Both the position numbers and the translations under genes were made by a program. The notes beneath the pieces are model-generated. The model made no database searches. It was not told where the DNA came from and worked only from the letters and a program-made list of their open reading frames with translations. A stretch of DNA of 64,000 nucleotides from an uncultured Christensenella sp. (GTDB lineage: Bacteria; Bacillota; Clostridia; Christensenellales; UBA1242), in contig CASFBJ010000008.1 in assembly GCA_949292875.1 (NCBI GenBank), positions 4,547 through 68,546 of the forward strand, in the 5' to 3' direction. Of this stretch, positions 10,305 to 19,640 are shown piece by piece; position 1 is the stretch's first letter, and the number at the start of each line of letters is the position of its first letter.

Positions 10305-13300
10305 ATGTCAGAATTATTAGATGGAATAAAAAAGGTTAAATTTGGAAAAGTTGAGAGATATTCTTTTGCTAGTAAACCTAGTTGTTTGGAAAATATGGAC
10401 TTGCTTGAATTACCTAAGAAAAGTTTTAAAAAATTTATAGATGAAGGCATAGGAGAATGTTTAAGAGACTTTTCACCTATTAAAGATTATTCTGGTAAGG
10501 CATATATCTACTTTCTAGATTATAGTTTAGATAAAGAGCCTAAGATTTCTAAGCAAGAATGTAAAAGAAGAAGTTTGACTTATTCAGTAGCTTTGAAAGC
10601 AAAAGTTAGATTAGTTCTTACAGATACAGGCGAAGCAAGGGAACAAGAAGTATTTTTGGGCGATTTACCCTTAATGACAGAAGATGGATCTTTCATTTAT
10701 GATGGAGTAGAAAGAGTTGTAATTAATCAAATAGTTAGGTCTCCAGGACTATATTTTTCTGGTGCAATTGACAAAACTGGTAAAGAGCTTTTTAAAGCAT
10801 TACTTGCGCCAACTAGAGGCTCATGGTTTGAATTGGAACAAACACACGCTGAAAATTTGAAAGCAATAATTGATAGAAGTAGCAAAATTTCTGTTGTTGC
10901 TTTCCTAAAGTGCTTTGGATATACAAACGAAGAGATTTTAGATATGTTTGGACATAATCATATTATTGTTGCTGGAGTAGAGAAAGAAGATTTAAAATCT
11001 CAAGAAGAATGCCTTATAGAACTTGCTAAAAAAATGCGTCCTAACGATATGCCTGATGCAAATGCTACTCGAATGTATCTTGACGATATCTTTTTCAATA
11101 GACAAAGATATAATCTAGAAAAAGTGGGTAGACACAAGTTAAATAAAAAACTATATCTTGGTACAAGACTTGCAAAACAAGTATCTGCAAAAGATATAGT
11201 ATTAAATAATGAAGTTTTAGTTAAAGCGGGCGAAACTATTTCTCCTGAAATGGCTGAAAAAATTGCAAATAGTGGTATAAATGTAGTAGATATAATCACT
11301 CCAACAGGTGAGAATCTAAGAGTAATAGGTAACAATCATGTATTTGCTCACAAATATATTGGTTGCGATATTGATGAACTAAATTTACCTGATATGGCAT
11401 ATTTCCCAGCATTAGTAGAAATTTTGGAAGATTGTAAAACTAAGCAAGATAAAATAAATGCCATTAATGAAAATTTTGAAAAGCTTATTGCTTATGAACT
11501 TGTTATGGAAGATTTCCTAGCAACTATTTCATATCATTTAGGATTAGATGCTGGCGTAGGTGAGACTGATAACATAGATAACTTAGAGAATAAGAGAGTG
11601 GCTCCAGCAGGAGAATTACTACAAAATTCATTTAGAATAGGTATAAATAAATTATCAAATGTAGTTAGAGAAGCTATGCAAAGTCAAGACATGGAAAACT
11701 TAATGCCTTCAAATGTTATGAATGCTAGACCTTTGAATAAAGAATTAAGAAGCTTCTTTGCTACAAACCCATTGTGTCCTATTATGGACCAAGTAAACCC
11801 TATTTCAGGTGTTACTCAAAAAAGAAAACTTTCTTCTGTTGGTAAAGGCGGAATAAAGAAAGAAAGAGCGGGTTCAGATGTTCGTGATATTCACGACTCA
11901 CAATATGGTAGAATTTGTGCAATTGAAACCCCAGAAGGTCAAAGTATAGGTCTTATCAATTCTTTTGCAAGTTTTGCAAAGATTGATGATTATGGATTTA
12001 TTTTAGCGCCATATAGAAAAGTGAATAAAGAAACTTTACAAGTAACTGATGAAATAGTTTATCTAAATGCAGAAGAAGAGAAAAAATATTATATTGCTCA
12101 ATCTATAGAGAAAACAGATAAAGAAAATAGATTTGTTGAAGAAAAGATTTTGTGTAGATATGCAAGAGAAGTAGTAGAAGTAGATGCAAGTAAAGTTGAT
12201 TTTGTAGACTATGCGCCAAATATGACTCTTTCAACCGCTACAGCTCTTATTCCATTCATTGAAAATAACGAATCTGCTCGTGCGCTTATGGGTTCAAACA
12301 TGCAAAGACAAGCAGTTCCGCTTATCCAAACTGAAGCTCCTATTGTAGGTACTGGTATGGAATACAGAGTTGCTGTAGATAGTGGTGTAATGGTTATTGC
12401 TAAAAATGATGGTGTAGTAGATTATGTAGACTCCAAAGAGATAAGAGTAATAACGAAAGATGGCGAAGATGTTTATGAATTAATCAAATTTTCTAAACCT
12501 ACAACAGAAACTTGTTTTAACCAAAAACCTATTGTAAATACAGGAGATAAAGTAAAGAAAGGTGATGTCTTAGCAGACGGATATTCTACAAAAGATGGCG
12601 AATTAGCATTAGGTAAAAATATGCTAGTAGCATTCATGAATTTTGATGGTTATAACTATGAAGATGCGGTAGTTGTTAGTGAAAGAATATCTAGAGAAGA
12701 CTTATACACTTCTATAAACTTAAGAGTAGAAGAAGTAGAATGTAGAAGTACAAAACTAGGCGATGAAGAAATAACTAGAGATATACCAAATGTCGGTGAA
12801 AGTGCGTTAAAGAACCTTGATGAAAGAGGCATAGTTAGAGTTGGTGCTGAAGTTAAGGCTGGAGATATACTTGTTGGAAAAGTTACTCCTAAAGGAGAAA
12901 CTGAACTAACTCCAGAAGAAAGATTATTAAGACAAATCTTTGGTGAAAAAGCTAGAGATGTTAGAGATAAATCTTTAAGAGTTGACCATGGACAAGGTGG
13001 CGTTGTAATAGATGTTCAAGTATTTAGTAGAAAAAACAAAGATGAGTTGCCTTCTGGTGTAAACATGGTTGTTAAAGTTGCAATAGCTCAAAAGAGAAAA
13101 CTTATAGTCGGTGATAAAATGTCGGGTAGATATGGAAACAAAGGTGTTGTTTCTAGAATAGTACCAATGGAAGATATGCCATTTATGGCAAATGGACAAC
13201 CAGTAGATATTTTGCTTAACCCACTAAGTGTAAACTCAAGAATGAACTTAGGACAACTTTTAGAAACTCACTTAGGCCTTGTTGCTAAGAGCTTAGGTTG

Positions 13301-13982
13301 GAAGATATGTTCACCATGTTTTGACGGAGCATCTGGTAATCAAATACAACAACTATTAAAAGATAACAATTTCCCTGAAGATGGTAAAATGGTGCTTTAT
13401 GATGGAAGAACAGGTTTGCCATTTGAAAATAGAGTTACAGTTGGTTATCAATACATGATTAAGTTAGATCACATGGTAGATAGTAAAATGCACGCAAGGT
13501 CTACAGGTCCTTACCAATTAATTACAAGTCAACCTTTAGGTGGTAAGGCACAAGGCGGTGGACAAAAGTTTGGTGAAATGGAAGTTTGGGCAATGTATGC
13601 ATATGGTGCTGCTCATGTACTTCAAGAAATGCTTACAATTAAGTCAGACGATGAAATAGGTAGAGTAAAGACATTCTCTGCTATAGTAAATGATGAACCA
13701 TTACCAGAACCTGGTATTCCTGAATCATTTAAGTTGTTGTTAAAAGAATTGCAAGCTTTAGCATTGGACATTACTATACTTAATCCAGAAAATAAAGAAA
13801 TTTCTATTTCTCAATTAAGCAGTGATGTGGAAGATAATATAAATATATTAGATAAGCCACAAGAAGAAGAAATAGTAGATATAGGCATAGATTTTGAAAA
13901 TACAGAACAAGAAAGTGAACAAACAGAAGACGATTTGGACTTTGAGTTTGATGAAGATAGTATGTTTGACTTAGATGAATAA
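10305..13982 (+). CDS. rpoB: DNA-directed RNA polymerase subunit beta
   Basis: Full-length RpoB signatures (GRHKLNKKL, NMQRQAVPL, GDKMSGRYGNKGVVSRI, QKFGEMEVWA). The start at 10305 follows RBS aggaga. There is an acidic C-terminal tail. Confidence 0.97.
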   Translation: MSELLDGIKKVKFGKVERYSFASKPSCLENMDLLELPKKSFKKFIDEGIGECLRDFSPIKDYSGKAYIYFLDYSLDKEPKISKQECKRRSLTYSVALKAKVRLVLTDTGEAREQEVFLGDLPLMTEDGSFIYDGVERVVINQIVRSPGLYFSGAIDKTGKELFKALLAPTRGSWFELEQTHAENLKAIIDRSSKISVVAFLKCFGYTNEEILDMFGHNHIIVAGVEKEDLKSQEECLIELAKKMRPNDMPDANATRMYLDDIFFNRQRYNLEKVGRHKLNKKLYLGTRLAKQVSAKDIVLNNEVLVKAGETISPEMAEKIANSGINVVDIITPTGENLRVIGNNHVFAHKYIGCDIDELNLPDMAYFPALVEILEDCKTKQDKINAINENFEKLIAYELVMEDFLATISYHLGLDAGVGETDNIDNLENKRVAPAGELLQNSFRIGINKLSNVVREAMQSQDMENLMPSNVMNARPLNKELRSFFATNPLCPIMDQVNPISGVTQKRKLSSVGKGGIKKERAGSDVRDIHDSQYGRICAIETPEGQSIGLINSFASFAKIDDYGFILAPYRKVNKETLQVTDEIVYLNAEEEKKYYIAQSIEKTDKENRFVEEKILCRYAREVVEVDASKVDFVDYAPNMTLSTATALIPFIENNESARALMGSNMQRQAVPLIQTEAPIVGTGMEYRVAVDSGVMVIAKNDGVVDYVDSKEIRVITKDGEDVYELIKFSKPTTETCFNQKPIVNTGDKVKKGDVLADGYSTKDGELALGKNMLVAFMNFDGYNYEDAVVVSERISREDLYTSINLRVEEVECRSTKLGDEEITRDIPNVGESALKNLDERGIVRVGAEVKAGDILVGKVTPKGETELTPEERLLRQIFGEKARDVRDKSLRVDHGQGGVVIDVQVFSRKNKDELPSGVNMVVKVAIAQKRKLIVGDKMSGRYGNKGVVSRIVPMEDMPFMANGQPVDILLNPLSVNSRMNLGQLLETHLGLVAKSLGWKICSPCFDGASGNQIQQLLKDNNFPEDGKMVLYDGRTGLPFENRVTVGYQYMIKLDHMVDSKMHARSTGPYQLITSQPLGGKAQGGGQKFGEMEVWAMYAYGAAHVLQEMLTIKSDDEIGRVKTFSAIVNDEPLPEPGIPESFKLLLKELQALALDITILNPENKEISISQLSSDVEDNINILDKPQEEEIVDIGIDFENTEQESEQTEDDLDFEFDEDSMFDLDE

Positions 13983-13997
13983 AAGGAGATAGGGTAA

Positions 13998-16900
13998 ATG
14001 TTTGAATTAAATAATATAGATGCAATAAAAATATCTATTGCATCTCCCGAAAAGATTAGAGAATGGTCCTATGGCGAAGTTAAAAAAGCAGAAACTCTAA
14101 ACTACAGGACACAGAAACCTGAACCAGATGGCTTGTTTTGTGAAAAAATATTTGGCCCTACACAAGATTGGAGATGTAGATGCGGTAAATATAAATTAAA
14201 TAGATACAAAGGCGTTATTTGTGACAAATGCGGAGTAGAAGTAACGAAAAAGAAAGTAAGAAGAGAAAGAATGGGACATATAGAACTTGCTACTCCTGTG
14301 TCTCATATTTGGTATTTTAAGGGCGTTCCTTCAAGAATAGGCGTTATTCTTGATTTAAAACCTAAACATTTGGAACAAGTATTGTATTATGTTTGTTTTG
14401 TAGTTACAGACCCAGGAGATACTCCATTACAATACAAACAAATACTTACAGACAAAGAACTTAGAGATGCTCAAGAAATATATGGTGCAAATTCATTTAA
14501 AGCAGGTATGGGTGCTGAAGCCATAAAACAATTACTTGCAGATATAGACCTTGATAAAGAGATTGTAGAATTAAAGAAAATTATAGATACAGATAAAGGG
14601 CAAAAAAGATTAAAAGCATTTCGTAAGTTAGAAGTTGTAGAAGCTTTTAAAAAGAGTGGAAATCAACCTAAATGGATGATTTTAGATGTTCTTCCTGTAC
14701 TTCCTCCTGATTTAAGACCTATGGTTCCTATTGATGGTGGCAGAATGGTTGCTTCTGACCTTAACGATTTGTATAGAAGAGTAATAGTTAGAAACAATAG
14801 ATTAAAAGAGCTTATTGCAATCAATGGTCCTGATGTAATTATTAGAAACGAAAAAAGAATGTTGCAAGAAGCAGTTGATGCGCTTATAGAAAATGGTAAA
14901 AGAGGAAAACCTGTACAAAACTCTAAACAAAAAGATTTAAAGAGTTTGTATGCAAGTATTAAGGGTAAACATGGCCGTTTCAGAGAAAATATGCTTGGAA
15001 AAAGAGTAGATTACTCAGGTCGTTCAGTTATTGTCGTTGGTCCAGAATTAAAGATGTATCAATGTGGACTTCCTAAAGAAATGGCACTTGAACTTTTTAG
15101 ACCTTTTGTAATGAAGGAACTTATTAAGTACAATCATGCGACTAATCTTGCTAGTGCTAAAAGAGCCATAAATGCTTGTAAGCCAATTGTATGGGATATG
15201 TTAGATAAGGCAATAAAAGGACATCCTGTTATTTTGAACCGTGCACCTACACTACACAAGTTAGGTATACAAGCATTTGAACCTATACTTGTTGATGGTA
15301 AAGCAATAATGCTACATCCACTTGTTTGTGAAGGTTTCCATGCAGACTTTGACGGTGACCAAATGCCAGTACACATACCACTTAGCTTAGAAGCTAGAGC
15401 AGAAGCTCAAGCAATACTTTTAAGTACTAATAACATATTAAGACCTTCAAATGGTAAATCTATTGTTGACCCTTCTAAAGATATGATTATAGGTGTTTAT
15501 TATCTTACACTAGTTAGACCTGGTGCTAAGGGAGAAGGTAGTATATTTGTTAGTGAAGATGAAGCTATTATGGCTCATGCAACTCAAAATCTTGATTTAC
15601 AAGCACAAATATATGTAAGAAGAGAAGCAGATTTTGAAGGTGAAAAAGTTGTCGGTAGAGTAGCAACTACTGTTGGTAAAATACTTTTCAATAGACAAAT
15701 TCCGCAAAATATAGGATATGTAGATAGAACTAAGAAAGAAAATGTTTTAAGATATGAAATAGAGCAACCAGTAGGCAAGAAAGAGATTGCTAATCTTGTA
15801 AAAGATTGTTATTATGCCTTAGGTGTAAATGAAACAGTTAAAATGATTGATAGCATCAAAGAAATGGGATTTAAATATTCTACACTTGCTTCTTTAACTA
15901 TATCACTATTTGACTTTAAGAATAATGATATAAAAGATAAAGTTGTTGGTGAAGCAGAGGAAAATGTTAAGCAAATAGAGAAACAATACAAGAGAGGCTT
16001 AATGACTCATACAGAAAAAGTAGATAAAAATATAGAAATCTGGAATGAGGCTGTAGAAAAAGTTGAGTCTTCAATGCTTGATTGTATGGAAGATTTTAAC
16101 CCTATTAAAATGATTGTAAATTCTGGTGCTCGTGGTAACAAGCAAAACTTAAACCAGGTAGCAGGTTTAATCGGTATAATTTCAACTACTTCAGGTGAAA
16201 AGATTGATGTCCCTGTAAAATCTAACTTTAAAAAAGGAATGGAGCCTATAGAATATTTCATTGGTTCTCGTTCTGGTCGTAAAGTTCTTGCAGATACTGC
16301 AATTAAGACAAAACAAAGTGGATATCTAACTCGTAGACTTGTGTATGTTACTCAAGATGTTATTATTACAGAAGAAGATTGCTTTAAGTCTCTTGGTGAA
16401 TCAGTAAAGGGAATGAAAGTTTCTAAGATTGTTTCAGAAGGCAGAGTAATTCAAAAATTGAGCGAAAGAATAGAGGGTAGAGTTGCTGTTAATGATATAA
16501 TTAATCCTAAAAACAACGAAGTAATAGTGAAATCAAATGAAATGATTACAAGTTCTCAAGCAAAACTTATAGAGAGTTTGGGTATAGAAGAAGTAGAAAT
16601 TCGTTCTGTATTTACTTGTAAATGTTCAAGAGGTCTTTGTGCGAAATGTTATGGTAAGAGCATGACAAGTCATGACCTTGTGCCATTAGGCGAAGCTGTT
16701 GGTGTTATTGCAGCACAAGCAATTGGTGAACCAGGAACACAGTTAAGTATGAAGAACTTTGCAGCTGGTGTCGTTGGTGGTATAGATATTTCAAGAGGTT
16801 TACCAAGAATAGAAGAAATATTTGAAGCTAGAGACCCTAAAGGAAAAGCATATTTGTCTGAAGTTGCTGGTAAAATAAGTGTTAGAGAAGTAGACAAGAG

Positions 16901-17579
16901 AGCAGAGATAACTGTTCATTCTAAGTCAGATGGTGATGTCGTTTACCTATTACCATTTGGCGTTAAGTTAAAAGTTAAAGATGGCGACACAGTAGAACCT
17001 GGAACTCCATTTACTGAAGGACCTATTAACCCTAAAGAATTGCTTAGAACAAAAGGTGTTAAAGTATTGCAAGAATATCTATTGCAAGAAGTTGTATCAG
17101 TATATAGCGGTCAATCAATAGATATCAATACAAAACATATTGAGATAGTTATTAGACAAATGGTTAAGAAGGTTAAGATTGAAAACGCTGGAGATGCTAA
17201 TTTCATTCCAGGTGAATATGTAGACATTCATGAGTACGAGAAAGAAAATCAGAGAGTGCTAATGGAAAATGGAGTACCTGCGCTTGCAAAGAAAGAAGTT
17301 TTAGGTATTATTAAAGCATCTATCAATAGTGATAGCTTCCTTGCAGCAACTTCATTCCAATACACTTCTAGTGTTCTTACAGATTCTGCGGTGAAAGGTA
17401 AAGTAGATAACTTGCTAGGACTAAAAGAAAATGTATTAATAGGTAAACTTATACCTGCTGGTACAGGTTATCCACTATACAAGAATATAAAACCTGTTCA
17501 TATAAGCAAACTTGAAAACGAAAATAAAAAAGAAAGTTATCAAGAAGATGAAATGCTTGAAGAAGAAATAGATTTCTAA
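13998..17579 (+). CDS. rpoC: DNA-directed RNA polymerase subunit beta'
   Basis: Zn-finger CRCGKYKLNRYKGVICDKCGVEV, catalytic motif in its NADFDGD region (reads HADFDGDQMPVH here), NRAPTLHKLGIQAFEP. Confidence 0.97.
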   Translation: MFELNNIDAIKISIASPEKIREWSYGEVKKAETLNYRTQKPEPDGLFCEKIFGPTQDWRCRCGKYKLNRYKGVICDKCGVEVTKKKVRRERMGHIELATPVSHIWYFKGVPSRIGVILDLKPKHLEQVLYYVCFVVTDPGDTPLQYKQILTDKELRDAQEIYGANSFKAGMGAEAIKQLLADIDLDKEIVELKKIIDTDKGQKRLKAFRKLEVVEAFKKSGNQPKWMILDVLPVLPPDLRPMVPIDGGRMVASDLNDLYRRVIVRNNRLKELIAINGPDVIIRNEKRMLQEAVDALIENGKRGKPVQNSKQKDLKSLYASIKGKHGRFRENMLGKRVDYSGRSVIVVGPELKMYQCGLPKEMALELFRPFVMKELIKYNHATNLASAKRAINACKPIVWDMLDKAIKGHPVILNRAPTLHKLGIQAFEPILVDGKAIMLHPLVCEGFHADFDGDQMPVHIPLSLEARAEAQAILLSTNNILRPSNGKSIVDPSKDMIIGVYYLTLVRPGAKGEGSIFVSEDEAIMAHATQNLDLQAQIYVRREADFEGEKVVGRVATTVGKILFNRQIPQNIGYVDRTKKENVLRYEIEQPVGKKEIANLVKDCYYALGVNETVKMIDSIKEMGFKYSTLASLTISLFDFKNNDIKDKVVGEAEENVKQIEKQYKRGLMTHTEKVDKNIEIWNEAVEKVESSMLDCMEDFNPIKMIVNSGARGNKQNLNQVAGLIGIISTTSGEKIDVPVKSNFKKGMEPIEYFIGSRSGRKVLADTAIKTKQSGYLTRRLVYVTQDVIITEEDCFKSLGESVKGMKVSKIVSEGRVIQKLSERIEGRVAVNDIINPKNNEVIVKSNEMITSSQAKLIESLGIEEVEIRSVFTCKCSRGLCAKCYGKSMTSHDLVPLGEAVGVIAAQAIGEPGTQLSMKNFAAGVVGGIDISRGLPRIEEIFEARDPKGKAYLSEVAGKISVREVDKRAEITVHSKSDGDVVYLLPFGVKLKVKDGDTVEPGTPFTEGPINPKELLRTKGVKVLQEYLLQEVVSVYSGQSIDINTKHIEIVIRQMVKKVKIENAGDANFIPGEYVDIHEYEKENQRVLMENGVPALAKKEVLGIIKASINSDSFLAATSFQYTSSVLTDSAVKGKVDNLLGLKENVLIGKLIPAGTGYPLYKNIKPVHISKLENENKKESYQEDEMLEEEIDF

Positions 17580-17608
17580 AAATGCCGTAAAAATATTGAA
17601 AAATGGTA

Positions 17609-17637
17609 TTTACAAATGAATTATCTTATGGTATAAT
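17609..17637 (+). promoter_or_regulatory. Promoter (TTTACA, 17 nt spacer, TGgTATAAT)
   Basis: TTTACA at 17609-17614 and extended -10 TGgTATAAT ending at 17637, about 30 nt upstream of the ORF at 17670. Confidence 0.55.
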
Positions 17638-17669
17638 ATTTGTGTAAGATATAGAAAGGAGATTGTCCT

Positions 17670-17972
17670 ATGGAAAAAAGTTTTAACTATCCTGTTAATG
17701 TAGCTAGAAATTTAGTTTTAAGTGGCTATAAAATGAAAGCAATGGTAAAAGATACAGGTGATATAATATACATGAATAGTCATGGAGATTTAAGAATTTT
17801 GTACAATCAAAGTTTGAAATCAAAATTAGCAAATAAAATAGCATCTTCTTTTACTTATCCAAATAAAGAAGAAGTATTAGAAAACTCATATTATGAAGAA
17901 TCTAGAAGACTTGCTGCTGTTAAGCAAAATCTTCAAAATAAAAATAATAAGATTGATAATATAGAAAAATAG
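17670..17972 (+). CDS. Hypothetical protein (100 aa)
   Basis: ORF with RBS aaggag, its own promoter and its own terminator. No family recognised. Confidence 0.5.
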   Translation: MEKSFNYPVNVARNLVLSGYKMKAMVKDTGDIIYMNSHGDLRILYNQSLKSKLANKIASSFTYPNKEEVLENSYYEESRRLAAVKQNLQNKNNKIDNIEK

Positions 17973-17993
17973 AACCGTTTGGTTCTATTTTTT
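17971..17993 (+). terminator. Intrinsic terminator
   Basis: agaacc-gttt-ggttct hairpin followed by atttttt; it overlaps the stop codon. Confidence 0.7.
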
Positions 17994-18052
17994 ATAAATA
18001 AAAATTCAATTATAAAGATATATATTTTTTTATAAGTATTTCAAGTTATATT

Positions 18053-18694
18053 TTACCACTTGTGAGCAGAACTTGTACCTATTCTATTAGCACCTGCTTT
18101 TATCATGTCTAGTGCAGTTTGCATATCTCTTATCCCGCCAGAAGCTTTTATCTTTTTGTCTTTACTTATGTTCTGTTTGATAAGTTCAATATTTTCTAAT
18201 TTTGCTCCTTCGCCTACAAAACCTGTACTAGTTTTAATGTATTGAGCATTGCTTTTATCAAATATTTTACTTATTTTAACTATTTCTTCTTTGTTTAAAA
18301 CGCTAGTTTCTATAATTACTTTTACAATTTTTGCACATTTACAAACTTCATTTATATCATTTAGTACATATTCATAGTTATTAGATTTAAAAGCGCCTAT
18401 ATTTGCGACCATATCTATTTCATCTGCACCATCGTTTATACATTGCATACATTCAGCAACTTTTATATTTGTAGGGGTGCAACCTAAAGGGAAACCTACA
18501 ACTGTTGCAATGTGTATATTACTATTTTTATAATTTGCAATTATATACTCTTTAGCGAATTTTACATAATAAGGATTTATGCAAATAGCATAGAATTTTT
18601 TTTCTACTGCAATATCAATTAAATTTTTAATATCTTCTTCATTTGCATCTGTTTTTAGTAATGTTAAATCGATATAATCATTTATTGGTTTCAT
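18053..18694 (-). CDS. deoC: Deoxyribose-phosphate aldolase
   Basis: IDLTLLK, ATVVGFPLG, ADEIDMV, IKTSTGF (Schiff-base Lys), KASGGIRD...GANRIGTSS. Confidence 0.9.
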   Translation of the reverse strand: MKPINDYIDLTLLKTDANEEDIKNLIDIAVEKKFYAICINPYYVKFAKEYIIANYKNSNIHIATVVGFPLGCTPTNIKVAECMQCINDGADEIDMVANIGAFKSNNYEYVLNDINEVCKCAKIVKVIIETSVLNKEEIVKISKIFDKSNAQYIKTSTGFVGEGAKLENIELIKQNISKDKKIKASGGIRDMQTALDMIKAGANRIGTSSAHKW

Positions 18695-19517
18695 TTTTTA
18701 GACTCCTTTTCCAGTAAAATAGGTATTGTTGTGCATATCCACTATATAATCCAAAGATTTTTACTAAATCAAAAGCAATTTTTTTTCTATTTGTTTCTTT
18801 ACCTTTTAAGTTTTCTTTATAAACTTTATCTATCCAGGTATCTACAGGAAAGACATCTTGTCTTCCATAGCCAAAAAGAAGTATACAATCTGCAACTTTA
18901 GGTCCTATACCACTTATAGATATTAGTTTTTCTCTTAAGCGATTAGTTTCTAATTTTTCTAATTCAACTAAATCTAATGTCTTTAATTGTTGCAAAGCTT
19001 TAACCATTTGTTTTGCTCTATAGCCTAATCCTGCTTGAAGAAAAAATTTTTCATCTTGTTTAGATAAAGTAGCTAGAGTAGGGAAAGCAAAAAAATCTGT
19101 TTTTTTCTCGCCTAAGTTACTGCATATATATTCTATGCTCTTTTGTATCCTAACTATGCGATTGTTTGCGGAGATTATGAAACTAATAATTACTTCAAAA
19201 GGATTTTGCTTTAAAATTCTTATACCATTTCCAAAATTAATTGCACTATCTAGTAAAGGATAATTTTTTAAGTGATTTTTAATTTTTGAATAATCAGTAT
19301 TTAAGTCAAAAAAATTTCTAAAATACTCTATATCTTTTTCTTTACATTTTATAATATAACCTGTTTTATCTTTATAAATTTCAGCTTTTTTATCAAGACT
19401 TATAACTCTATATCCTTGATTTGTTTTAGTGTATCTAAAAATTTGCCCACATTCTAAAATATGGGTAGGGTTAAAATCATTTGCATTTTCTACTTTAATA
19501 ATTGAAGTTTTTTCCAT
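18678..19517 (-). CDS. ogg: 8-oxoguanine DNA glycosylase (Ogg-type, HhH-GPD superfamily)
   Basis: HhH-GPD region ISGIGPKVADCILLFGYGRQDVFPVDTWI plus an OGG-like N-domain (ILECGQIFRY). Confidence 0.75.
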   Translation of the reverse strand: MEKTSIIKVENANDFNPTHILECGQIFRYTKTNQGYRVISLDKKAEIYKDKTGYIIKCKEKDIEYFRNFFDLNTDYSKIKNHLKNYPLLDSAINFGNGIRILKQNPFEVIISFIISANNRIVRIQKSIEYICSNLGEKKTDFFAFPTLATLSKQDEKFFLQAGLGYRAKQMVKALQQLKTLDLVELEKLETNRLREKLISISGIGPKVADCILLFGYGRQDVFPVDTWIDKVYKENLKGKETNRKKIAFDLVKIFGLYSGYAQQYLFYWKRSLKNETNK

Positions 19518-19593
19518 ATTATAATTATATCTTAACTAGATAATATTTGCAAATATAAATGTTAAATATAATTTTCTAATAAAGCTTAATGAA

Positions 19594-19622
19594 AAAAGGT
19601 TATAGATTACTATAACCTTAAA
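19594..19622 (-). terminator. Intrinsic terminator of the 19641-21464 gene (minus strand)
   Basis: aaggttatag / ctataacctt palindrome followed by a T-run on the minus strand. Confidence 0.55.
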
Positions 19623-19640
19623 TTTAAATATAGCTATTTT